The notes beneath the pieces are model-generated. The model had not been told where the DNA came from, made no database searches, and worked only from the letters and a program-made list of their open reading frames with translations. A DNA stretch of 53,999 nt from a virus (taxonomy: Duplodnaviria; Caudoviricetes). Shown here piece after piece: positions 7,805-16,945 of the stretch (the stretch's first letter is position 1; each line of letters opens with the position of its first letter). Where the stretch lies: the IMG/VR virus record IMGVR_UViG_3300034061_004173, positions 1 through 53,999 of that record. One strand, 5' to 3'. The translations under genes were made by a program, and so were the position numbers.

Positions 7805-8951
7805 CGACCCCGATAATGCAAGTAAAGTTATTGACGAAAACGGAGAGCCACTTATAGTGTATCACGGAAGAAGTTCTGATTTTGCAATTTTTTCAGACCG
7901 CTATGCAGGTAAATATACAACTGAAACGGGTAAGTTAGGTTTCTTTTTTACAAATTCTTTTGATTTAGCAAAAATGTTTACTAAAACAAAATGGGCTTCT
8001 CCTACCTCAAAACAAAGAAAAGGCGCAAATATTATTGAAGTTTTTTTAAATATAAAAAATCCTAAAACAATAGATGGTAGGCAATTTACTTTGATTAATA
8101 ATCCTTTTGATTATAGATTAAGACAAATACAAAACAACTTTGATGGTATCATAATAAACCCAATGCCTGAAGAAGATATTGAAAGTTGGTTGAGAATTTT
8201 TGGAAGCAGAGGTATAGAAGAATTTAAAGCAACTCAATATGTTTCTTTTTATAGTAATCAAATAAAACTTGCTGACGGAACAAATACAACTTTTGATTCA
8301 AGTAATGATGATATTAGGTTTGAAAAAGGCGGTCGCACAATAGCCCAAACACCTGCTCCAAAGAAAGACCAAATTAAAGGTAGTGATATAAATAAAAAAA
8401 GTTCTTCAAAAGATTTATCAAGCGCAAAATTGATTAAATTTGACGATAAGACTATTGTTGCTATAAAAAATAAAGTTAAGGAACATAACGCAGAAAACCC
8501 TGATAAGAAAATAAATCTGTCGAGTGCTAAAGCAGTTGTTCGTAGAGGAATGGGTGCTTATTCTAAATCTTACAGACCAACTATTTCAGGCGGAAAGCCA
8601 AACAGTAGATTGGCTTGGGGATTGGCAAGATTAAATGCCTTTACATACAAAATTGTAAATGGTAAAAGCAAGTCAGGGAAATATAGTCAAGACGATGATT
8701 TGATTAATGAGTTAGGTTTCAAGGTTGCTAATTATAATAATGGCGGAGAAATGAGTAAAGATATAAGATGTATCAACTGCGGTTGGGAATGGAATAAAAA
8801 AGATTCTGAATTATGGGATATGTACGTTTGTCATAAATGCGGTTTCGACAATACAACGTTTTATACCTCAATTCCTATAAATAATTATAGTAGAGGAGGA
8901 CAAACAGAAAAAACAAACCCTGATTATTTAAAAATGTTTTTAGATTTATAA
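7695..8951 (+). CDS. Multidomain protein: ART-PolyVal-like ADP-ribosyltransferase, RRGMGAY..AWGLARLNAF domain, Zn ribbon, separated by xxxGG motifs
   Basis: DENGEPLIVYHG..GFFFT..VFLNIKNP..FDGII..QIK; FEKGG, YNNGG, YSRGG; CINC..CHKC; PDYLKMFL tail. Confidence 0.7.
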   Translation: MAKELLAPNGKPSNLTTEQYKLVRTPAFKKWFGDWENDPDNASKVIDENGEPLIVYHGRSSDFAIFSDRYAGKYTTETGKLGFFFTNSFDLAKMFTKTKWASPTSKQRKGANIIEVFLNIKNPKTIDGRQFTLINNPFDYRLRQIQNNFDGIIINPMPEEDIESWLRIFGSRGIEEFKATQYVSFYSNQIKLADGTNTTFDSSNDDIRFEKGGRTIAQTPAPKKDQIKGSDINKKSSSKDLSSAKLIKFDDKTIVAIKNKVKEHNAENPDKKINLSSAKAVVRRGMGAYSKSYRPTISGGKPNSRLAWGLARLNAFTYKIVNGKSKSGKYSQDDDLINELGFKVANYNNGGEMSKDIRCINCGWEWNKKDSELWDMYVCHKCGFDNTTFYTSIPINNYSRGGQTEKTNPDYLKMFLDL

Positions 8952-8956
8952 AAAAT

Positions 8957-11900
8957 ATGGAAAAAGGTAAAATTACATTAACACAAAAAGATGCAGAAAA
9001 CGCTCCCGCAGGTGGAGTAGTTGTTGGTAAAAGAGATGGTCAAACTATGATTTATGACGATGCTTCTCTTGGCGGATATTTTGTGGGTAAACTACATAAA
9101 GACGGTGGTATTAAAATGGTTAATAAGTCAACGGGTCAACCTCTTGAAGTTCAAGGCTCGGAAGTTATTATTACTGCTCCTGCCGTAAACGACCAAACTA
9201 AACGTGAGTTTGAGGGTAAAATGATGACTAATCGTGAAATACTTTCAAAAATTAATTCAGACGGAGGTGGAGTATCATTTGCCGATGGTGGCGACATACC
9301 TGCTAAAATCCATACAACTGATTGTGAATACAAATTTGGTGGTAAATTAGTTAAAGACACCGACATAGCACACTCATTAGGTATGAACTCTACTTTGAAA
9401 AAAGGTAAACAACAATTTTCGTCAGGAGATACAACTTATGATGTAGATGCTATCTATAATGCTATCAAAAAAGGAAAACTTCGTTTAAAAACTAAAGAGG
9501 TTGAAACATTCCCAATGAAGCACCCTGTGTACGATAAAAATTATGCAGAAAACCACAAAATAGATTTCAGAAAACCAAATGGTATTACTGTTCGCACAGA
9601 AAGTGGCGAAGATGTTTTGATTGACGGTAATCATAGAATGAACAATGCCTACTTAAACGGTAGAAAAACTATGAAAACTTACTATGTAGAAGACCCAAAA
9701 CAAATTGCCAAGTTCACTAAAAAGAACAAATTTGAATTAGGTGGAGAAAATAAAATGGGCGGTCATTTGTCAAAAGGAAAGTCATTAAAACAAATTGCTG
9801 AAATGCACAATGTTTCTTTGGCTCACATAAACGAAGAACTTGCTAAAGGGTTGGAAGTAGAGAAAGAACACTTTACTGATTTTAAAGAGCGTACAAGAGT
9901 TGCTAAAGACCATTTAGTTGAAAACCCTGATTACTACACAATTCTTGAAAAAGCAGGTCTTAAAAATGGCGGACATATTCAAAGTCAAAAATTAGTTAGA
10001 AAATCTAAAAAAGAAGATATATCTTCAAGAGATTTAGACGAATATAATGACGTTTTAGATGTACAGGCTGATGAGGTAGTAGGCGGAGATAGTGGATTGG
10101 CTTTTGCTGATGGTGGAAGTGTAAATTCTAAAAAAGATAAAACTTACGAACTAAAATTAGATTACAGAATTGGTCAGACTTTTGAAAAAGATAAATTAGG
10201 CGGTAAATATACTTGTCGAATTTTGGCAATGGATTTTAATGTAAATGAAAATGGCGAGGTAAATCATAATTCATATTATATTCATTATTTCGATGGGGAT
10301 TCTAATTCGGAACAATCAAGTCATTACTCTTTTTTAAAACATTTAAAAAAAGAACCAAATCAAGTAAAAATTAATGTCCCTTATTCAATTGGTAGTAATA
10401 TTTACTATGAATCATCTGAATATGGTAAGGAATCTTTAAGTCTTTTAAAATCTAATGTTGTTGGATTTCAAGTTATGTATTATGGACAAAGAGTAGGGTG
10501 GTTTGATTATTATTTAGACAGTAAAGAAAGTGTTGATAGTAAAGACGCATATAGTAGTGTTGAAAATTATCTTAATAAAGTATCTTCAGAAATAACAAGT
10601 ACTAAATTAAGCAGTTTAAAGAAACTAAATCAATTTGTAGAACCTACAAGTGAAAAAATAAATGTTAAAGTAGATTATTTTATAGGTCAAAAATTCAAAC
10701 TGCCTGTTATGGGCGGATTTGAAGATGCCGAAATTATTGGTATTGATTTGCGTTTTGACAAAGACAAAACTTATCCAAATTCTGAAAGAAGCGTAATTCA
10801 TTACAAAGAAGAAGACGGTAGAATTAGAGAGCGAGAATTAAAATATTTCATTGAAGAAACAAAGCAACAAAAACCTAATGAAATTGAGGTTATTGTAAAG
10901 GCAAAGGTTAAAGATGACGTTCTTATTCTTCATCGTTATATGGGTGGCTCAAAGTTACAAATAACTCAAGTTCAAGGGTATGTACTAAAGTTAAATGATT
11001 CGGGTGTAAATTTAGAATATTGCGTGAGTGATGACTGCTACAACGAAAAATCAGTTTATACTTCAATTGAAAATTTTAAAGAATCAATTATAAGAAAAAA
11101 TAAGAAGAAAATAGATGAAGTAGATGACATTTCTGAATTATTAGAAATGGTTAAATCAGGTAATTACGCTAATGGCGGAATTACACCCTATGATGCAAAT
11201 ATAGAGGGAGATTCAGTCGATATTATTGAAAACGAATTTGCTAATGGCGGTGGTGTAGAATTACCTAAAGTTTCTTATGTTACTGTAAGTGGAACGGGTT
11301 CTTCTTTAGAAAAATTGATTGGAAATAGGTATAATAGTTATATAGAATTTGCGGAAAGCGTAGAATATGCTTACAAAGAATTAGGAAAAAAAGTAAGAAG
11401 TTATGTTCAATTACAAGCGTTTGACGAAAATAGTATTGCATTAATTGATGTAACTACATATATTTCAGACCAAAAAAACACGATTAAGAATTTTAATCCT
11501 TTAACGGGTAATTATAAAAATTTAGAAAAATCTTTAGCAAATTCAAGACCAAGAAGTTTTCAAAAATTTAATTGGCAAGATTGGTTGCTTTCAAAAGTAA
11601 CTCCAAGTGTTCAAACGACTAATTTAACTAATAAAAGTGCTTCAACTTCGGCTCAATCACAATACCCTGAATATTACGAATATGTAGGTAATACTGTTAA
11701 TAGTTTTACTAAAGGTAAAATTTATAAAATAAATTATCCTAATGACCTTGAAGCAGAGGGTAATTTTATTGATAATAATGGTTATACAGATGGTTTTAGT
11801 GGAAGTAATTATGAAAAATTTAAACCATCAACCAAAGAAGCGTTTTTATTGCAACAAAACTTTACTTCTTCAAACAATTCAAGTTCAGCAGAACCTAAAA

Positions 11901-13960
11901 TTGTAGATGCCGTTAACGTAGAATTTATTTATCCTAATGGAAGAATAGAAACAAGTACTACTATAAATATTTCAAATCTTAAAAATGCTTTGGCTAATTT
12001 TTGGAATATCGTAGATAAAAAATCTTGGGAAGTTCTTATTACACCTTTTGAAAATCAGTTTACCCCATTTGCGGTAAAGGAATTAATTATAGGAAGTGAT
12101 TTCGCAGAGTTTAATCCCGAAACTTTTTCTGAAGAACAACTTGGGAATAAGTTAAAATCACTTTATCCTGATTTAGATTGGTCTTATTTTTTAAAAGAAA
12201 AAACAACTACCTCAACAAATGCTTTAAATTCGGCTCAAAAATTTGATTTTACTGATACTAAAATAGATGTTGAGGACAATCCTGATTTATCATTAAGGGT
12301 TCAGAAAAAAGCATTTGAAGAGGGTTGGGAATGGGAAAATGGCGGAGGCAAAACTCTTGATTACGATGATTTTAATTATTTGTATTTTACAAAGACAAGT
12401 GTTTCTTATGGTAATATAACAAGTAGTTTTCTAAAAAGCCCTAAAAGAAAAATAACAGAAGAGGAAATATTTGGAAGTCAGCCATCTTCTTCAATTAAAA
12501 CAACTGCTATTTCAAATGAGGTAACTCACATAAATTTAAGATACGAAAAAAACGGAACTCAAACCTATTATAGTGGTTTAGCAGGAGGTAAAGAATTTAT
12601 AGAAGCAATAAATAGTATTGAACAAGCAAATCCAATACAAGAAGTTTCGGTAAATGTTGCAGTAAGTTATAAAGCGGATAATAGAATTGGGGGTTCTACA
12701 ACGGAAAAATTAGTAGAGAATATTAATTTTGGAAAAGGTGCGTTTCAACCAAGTAATTTTAATGTTTCTGAAATTAAATCAATAGTTGAAAATGATTGGT
12801 TTGATGGAAAATTAGATTTTAATGATTTTTTCAGAGATATAGTTTCTACGGTTTCGACATCAACTATACCTACTTCAAATTCTGCCGTACCAAAAACGGT
12901 TGAGAATGCTATTTATAATTTAGATTTGGCAGTTCAGAAATTAGAGAAAGCATCTTCTACCGTAGTTACTGAATACAATAAGGAAATTTATGATAAGTCT
13001 TTGAAGTTTTTGTACGATACAAAAGCAACATACGAATTGGCTCTTAAATTTACTCCTGAATCAGCCTTTATGTATGAGCGTTTGGATATATTGAAAAAAT
13101 TGGCTGACATAGAAAAGAATATCAAGAAAATTGAAGATATGAAGAAAGGTGGAACTTTCTATATGTTGGCTAAAATTTTAGAAAAACTTGAACGTGGGGA
13201 AAATTGGAAGCAATCCGAAAGTGCAGAAGACGTTATTACAAACCATATACCTAAATCTGAAATTGAGATTATAATTAGAAGTCAAAAATTTAAAAATTGG
13301 TTTGGGGATTGGGAAAAAGCATTAATAAACGATGAATACGACAATGTTAGTAAAGCATTGACAGACGGAATACCAAGTGTTTATCATCACGGAGCAAGAA
13401 GAATTAAATATACCTACCGTGAGGTTTCAAACGGGGTGTTGTATTTAGCAGAGAATATTTCTTATGCTTTATGGTTTAGTCAAAATTCTACCGCACAATC
13501 AGAAGAGGGGAATTATTTAACAGAATGTTTTGTAAACATCAAAAACCCTATCGACTTAACTGCTTTTAATGTTAATGAAATAGATTTTGGGGATTTAATA
13601 AGGTATATAGATGCTATTTACCCAATGGCTAATATTTATGATTTTGTTGGAACTCAAGTAGCGTTATTGGTTAAATCGAATCAACCAACTAATATTATAA
13701 TGAGGGCTTGGCAATTAATCAGAAAGTATGCTAAATTTGTAAAACACGTCAAAGAAAATACGCCTTACGATGGGTTTTTGTATTACGAAAACAATCCTGA
13801 TGACAAAGTGATAAATCCTACTACGGGTCAATTAGAGCAAAATGTAACTAAAGCGGTTGCAATATTCAAGTCGCACCAAGTTAAGGTTGTAGATGCAGTT
13901 TTATTTGACGGTGGATTAGATGATTGGAGATTTGAAAACGGAGGAAAAATAAAAAATTAA
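8957..13960 (+). CDS. 1667-aa polyvalent protein with xxxGG linkers: ParB-like domain, EKEH..AKDHL domain, C-terminal ART-PolyVal-like domain
   Basis: VLIDGNHRM (ParB/Srx); GLEVEKEH..AKDHLVENPDYY; FKNWFGDWE..YHHG..FVNIKNP..YDG; FADGG/YKFGG/FELGG/LKNGG/YANGG/FANGG/FENGG. Confidence 0.7.
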   Translation: MEKGKITLTQKDAENAPAGGVVVGKRDGQTMIYDDASLGGYFVGKLHKDGGIKMVNKSTGQPLEVQGSEVIITAPAVNDQTKREFEGKMMTNREILSKINSDGGGVSFADGGDIPAKIHTTDCEYKFGGKLVKDTDIAHSLGMNSTLKKGKQQFSSGDTTYDVDAIYNAIKKGKLRLKTKEVETFPMKHPVYDKNYAENHKIDFRKPNGITVRTESGEDVLIDGNHRMNNAYLNGRKTMKTYYVEDPKQIAKFTKKNKFELGGENKMGGHLSKGKSLKQIAEMHNVSLAHINEELAKGLEVEKEHFTDFKERTRVAKDHLVENPDYYTILEKAGLKNGGHIQSQKLVRKSKKEDISSRDLDEYNDVLDVQADEVVGGDSGLAFADGGSVNSKKDKTYELKLDYRIGQTFEKDKLGGKYTCRILAMDFNVNENGEVNHNSYYIHYFDGDSNSEQSSHYSFLKHLKKEPNQVKINVPYSIGSNIYYESSEYGKESLSLLKSNVVGFQVMYYGQRVGWFDYYLDSKESVDSKDAYSSVENYLNKVSSEITSTKLSSLKKLNQFVEPTSEKINVKVDYFIGQKFKLPVMGGFEDAEIIGIDLRFDKDKTYPNSERSVIHYKEEDGRIRERELKYFIEETKQQKPNEIEVIVKAKVKDDVLILHRYMGGSKLQITQVQGYVLKLNDSGVNLEYCVSDDCYNEKSVYTSIENFKESIIRKNKKKIDEVDDISELLEMVKSGNYANGGITPYDANIEGDSVDIIENEFANGGGVELPKVSYVTVSGTGSSLEKLIGNRYNSYIEFAESVEYAYKELGKKVRSYVQLQAFDENSIALIDVTTYISDQKNTIKNFNPLTGNYKNLEKSLANSRPRSFQKFNWQDWLLSKVTPSVQTTNLTNKSASTSAQSQYPEYYEYVGNTVNSFTKGKIYKINYPNDLEAEGNFIDNNGYTDGFSGSNYEKFKPSTKEAFLLQQNFTSSNNSSSAEPKIVDAVNVEFIYPNGRIETSTTINISNLKNALANFWNIVDKKSWEVLITPFENQFTPFAVKELIIGSDFAEFNPETFSEEQLGNKLKSLYPDLDWSYFLKEKTTTSTNALNSAQKFDFTDTKIDVEDNPDLSLRVQKKAFEEGWEWENGGGKTLDYDDFNYLYFTKTSVSYGNITSSFLKSPKRKITEEEIFGSQPSSSIKTTAISNEVTHINLRYEKNGTQTYYSGLAGGKEFIEAINSIEQANPIQEVSVNVAVSYKADNRIGGSTTEKLVENINFGKGAFQPSNFNVSEIKSIVENDWFDGKLDFNDFFRDIVSTVSTSTIPTSNSAVPKTVENAIYNLDLAVQKLEKASSTVVTEYNKEIYDKSLKFLYDTKATYELALKFTPESAFMYERLDILKKLADIEKNIKKIEDMKKGGTFYMLAKILEKLERGENWKQSESAEDVITNHIPKSEIEIIIRSQKFKNWFGDWEKALINDEYDNVSKALTDGIPSVYHHGARRIKYTYREVSNGVLYLAENISYALWFSQNSTAQSEEGNYLTECFVNIKNPIDLTAFNVNEIDFGDLIRYIDAIYPMANIYDFVGTQVALLVKSNQPTNIIMRAWQLIRKYAKFVKHVKENTPYDGFLYYENNPDDKVINPTTGQLEQNVTKAVAIFKSHQVKVVDAVLFDGGLDDWRFENGGKIKN

Positions 13961-13961
13961 A

Positions 13962-15536
13962 ATGGAAAACAAAGAACAATTATTAGCGAATTTTTTGGCT
14001 TTCAAGGATATACCTTTTGGAGATTATAAAAATATTATAACTACGCCAAAAGCAATGGAGTTTTATGCTAAAAACACACCAATAGACCAACTTCAAAGTA
14101 TGTTTGTTTCAGCAGGTTTTCAACAACCTGAAACTATTAATCAAGCATCAAGTGTTTTGAAAAAAGTTTATAATGACTTACAGACTATTGATGAATCAAA
14201 TTATGCGGGTGCTTACAAGACTGAAAGAGATACGCAGGAGTTAGAGAAAACTTTAAGAGAACTTAAAGGCGAAGTCGAAGAAGATGAAGATGAGCAAGTA
14301 AGCGATGATGATGGTCTTGGGGGTTTTTTTGACGAAAGCGGTACGGGTGGCTCTGATATAGAAAAAGCATTAGAAAGGTTTAATGAAGCAATCGCTAATG
14401 GTACAGGCGGAGATAATGAAACTACTTTTGACGAACTTTTAGGAAAAAATAAAGGTAAAGGAAACGGTAAAGGTCAAGGTCAAGGAGAGGGCGAGGGTCA
14501 AGGAGAGGGTCAAGGCGAGGGTCAAGGCGAGGGTCAAGGTCAAGGCGAGGGTCAAGGCGAGGGTCAAGGCGAGGGTCAAGGCGAGGGTCAAGGGCAAGGA
14601 CAAGGTCAAGGTCAAGGACAAGGTCAAGGTCAAGGCGATGGTCAAGGCGAGGGTCAAGGTCAGGGCGAGGGTCAGGGTCAGGGCGAGGGTCAAGGTCAAG
14701 GCGAGGGTCAAGGCGAGGGTCAAGGCGAGGGTCAAGGGCAAGGACAAGGACAAGGTCAAGGACAAGGTCAAGGACAAGGCGAGGGTCAAGGTCAAGATGG
14801 AGAACAAGAACAAAATCAAAAAGAAAAAGAAAAAAAAGAGCAACAAAACGCTTCTTTAGAAAGAGAAATTCAATTATGTTCGGAAGAGATTAATAGTCTT
14901 AATGAAGATAAAGAAATGTTGGAATTTATTTCAGAAAGAACTCAAGAGCAAGAAGATAGAATTGTTGAAATTAATAATACTATTGATGATTTAGAGATGC
15001 AAATTGCTAATATGTTTGGTGCTATAAATGCCGATGTTGTTTTAGGCAATGATGTTCAGTTTCCCGAAAATAGACTTCCGAGATATGTTAGTTCTCAATT
15101 ACCTGAATTAGTTAAAAGAGTAAAAGACGAAAGCAAAAAACGTTTGGAAGACCCTGATTATCAATTCAAATATAAATTAGAGGACAAGGAACGTAGAAAT
15201 TCTTTAATTTCAGAAAGAGTTAAGAACGATGTAACTTATTTTGCTTTTGAAAAACTGAAAAAGGAAAATGCTTTAAGTGAACTTTACCTTACTAAAAAAG
15301 ATATTGAAAAAATAATGTTTGAAATGCCTTTAGGTGGCGATATTCCTGAAAAAATTGTAATACATTCTAAAATCGAGGGAGATACAGTAGTGATAGACAA
15401 CGCAATAAGTATCGACACCTTTATTTACCAAATGAATAATTTAGAAAAAGATTTGGAATTAGTTAATAAAGAGAACAATATAAAACTTATTTTTGACACA
15501 ATTAAAAACGAACTGTTTAATAAATTTATAATATAA
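13962..15536 (+). CDS. Acidic coiled-coil protein with a central (GQ/GE)n tract
   Basis: About 108-aa G-x tract; translationally coupled to the AAA ATPase (TAATG). Confidence 0.7.
   Translation: MENKEQLLANFLAFKDIPFGDYKNIITTPKAMEFYAKNTPIDQLQSMFVSAGFQQPETINQASSVLKKVYNDLQTIDESNYAGAYKTERDTQELEKTLRELKGEVEEDEDEQVSDDDGLGGFFDESGTGGSDIEKALERFNEAIANGTGGDNETTFDELLGKNKGKGNGKGQGQGEGEGQGEGQGEGQGEGQGQGEGQGEGQGEGQGEGQGQGQGQGQGQGQGQGDGQGEGQGQGEGQGQGEGQGQGEGQGEGQGEGQGQGQGQGQGQGQGQGEGQGQDGEQEQNQKEKEKKEQQNASLEREIQLCSEEINSLNEDKEMLEFISERTQEQEDRIVEINNTIDDLEMQIANMFGAINADVVLGNDVQFPENRLPRYVSSQLPELVKRVKDESKKRLEDPDYQFKYKLEDKERRNSLISERVKNDVTYFAFEKLKKENALSELYLTKKDIEKIMFEMPLGGDIPEKIVIHSKIEGDTVVIDNAISIDTFIYQMNNLEKDLELVNKENNIKLIFDTIKNELFNKFII
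14472..14795 (+). repeat. Coding tandem repeat of 6-bp units (ggtcaa/ggcgag/ggacaa)
   Basis: Directly visible; encodes GQGEGQG... Confidence 0.95.
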
Positions 15537-16942
15537 TGGATAATAACGTACAAAAAAGAATAGAAGACCTTGAACAATTAGTTCTTAATGCACCTGACGA
15601 TACTGTTAGAAAAATCGCTCAAGAACAATTAGATAAAGTTAAGGAACGTCAAAAAATAAATGTTGACAAAGATTTTTCAGGAGTAATTACTGCAATTAAC
15701 TCACTAATTGAAAAAACCTATAATTCATCAACCGTAATGTCAAATCAGCAAATTGATGAAGTCATTGCTGAAAGATTGAAAAAATTAAAAATCAATGAAA
15801 AAAATCTATCAAGTGAATTAAAAGAACTTATAGGTCAAACCAAAACAACCGTTATACAAATTAACGAAGTTAAAGTATCATCTACTTCAGGAACAAGAGG
15901 TAGAAGATTAGAAGATGTTTTGCTTTCTGATTTAGAAGCACAAAACAATGTTTATTTGTATGGCGAGGCAGGAACAGGTAAAACTTTTATTGCGGGAGAA
16001 ATTGCTAAAAAAGTGAATTATAAATTAATCACATTAAACTGTAATCAATTTACTTCTCCATTAGATATTGTGGGTGGTCAAACCATTGAGGGATATAAAG
16101 AGGGTAGATTAACAGAGGCTTGGGGTAATATTGATTTAGGAACAAACCCACTTGGAGAGCCTTACGTTGGCGCACTTTTACTTTTGGACGAGTTACCTAA
16201 AATTGACCCAAATACTGCGGGTATTTTAAATGACGGTCTTGCTAAAATTAAAGACGGAGTTAAAAAGTACGAGGGTAATGGAAAAACAGTTTTTGTACCG
16301 CCTACTATTATGAATGGTAATGGGGAATTGATTGAAAAGAAAAAAATATATGTTATAGCAACAGGTAACTCATTGTTAAACGAAACTAATAAAGATTATG
16401 AGGCTAACTTCAAACAGGATTTGTCTTTACAAGACCGTTTTGCAGGAAGTTGTTATAAAATTACATATAATTACAAGTTTGAGTATGAAAAGATTATGAC
16501 TAAAATTAGTACTAAATCATTACCAAATGTAATAATTGACTTGACTTTTGCATTTAATTTCCTTTCGCAATTGCGTATGAAAATTGTTGAATTGGAACTT
16601 ACAGGAGTTGCTTTCGTATCTACTCGTTTAATGATTGTATCAAGAGATACATTTGTTGCTTACATTGCTAACAGAGAATTAGCACCTAATAATATTGCAG
16701 AACCTAAAAAAATAAGTGAAGTTGTTAAATCATTTATGTCTTTATTTAAAAAAGACCAAAGAGAAAAAATCGAAAACGAATTAAGTGCTGAATTTAAAGA
16801 GTTTTATGATATGTGTGCCGTTAAAGAAGCGTTGCCTCTTGACCAATTGAATGAATCTACTAAAGAACAAAGAGATTTGGCGACATTAATTATTGACAAC
16901 GCAGAGGCAAATTACGCAAGAGATAACGCAATTCCACTATAA
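15536..16942 (+). CDS. MoxR/CobS-like AAA+ ATPase
   Basis: GEAGTGKT Walker A; LLLLDE Walker B; IATGN sensor I; LQDRF arginine finger; STR sensor II. Confidence 0.85.
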   Translation: MDNNVQKRIEDLEQLVLNAPDDTVRKIAQEQLDKVKERQKINVDKDFSGVITAINSLIEKTYNSSTVMSNQQIDEVIAERLKKLKINEKNLSSELKELIGQTKTTVIQINEVKVSSTSGTRGRRLEDVLLSDLEAQNNVYLYGEAGTGKTFIAGEIAKKVNYKLITLNCNQFTSPLDIVGGQTIEGYKEGRLTEAWGNIDLGTNPLGEPYVGALLLLDELPKIDPNTAGILNDGLAKIKDGVKKYEGNGKTVFVPPTIMNGNGELIEKKKIYVIATGNSLLNETNKDYEANFKQDLSLQDRFAGSCYKITYNYKFEYEKIMTKISTKSLPNVIIDLTFAFNFLSQLRMKIVELELTGVAFVSTRLMIVSRDTFVAYIANRELAPNNIAEPKKISEVVKSFMSLFKKDQREKIENELSAEFKEFYDMCAVKEALPLDQLNESTKEQRDLATLIIDNAEANYARDNAIPL

Positions 16943-16945
16943 AAA

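Noticed and set aside
14439-14859. ORFs 14439-14846 (-) and 14638-14859 (+)
   Set aside because: Shadow frames of the stop-free GQ/GE tandem repeat (LTLALT, VKARVK)
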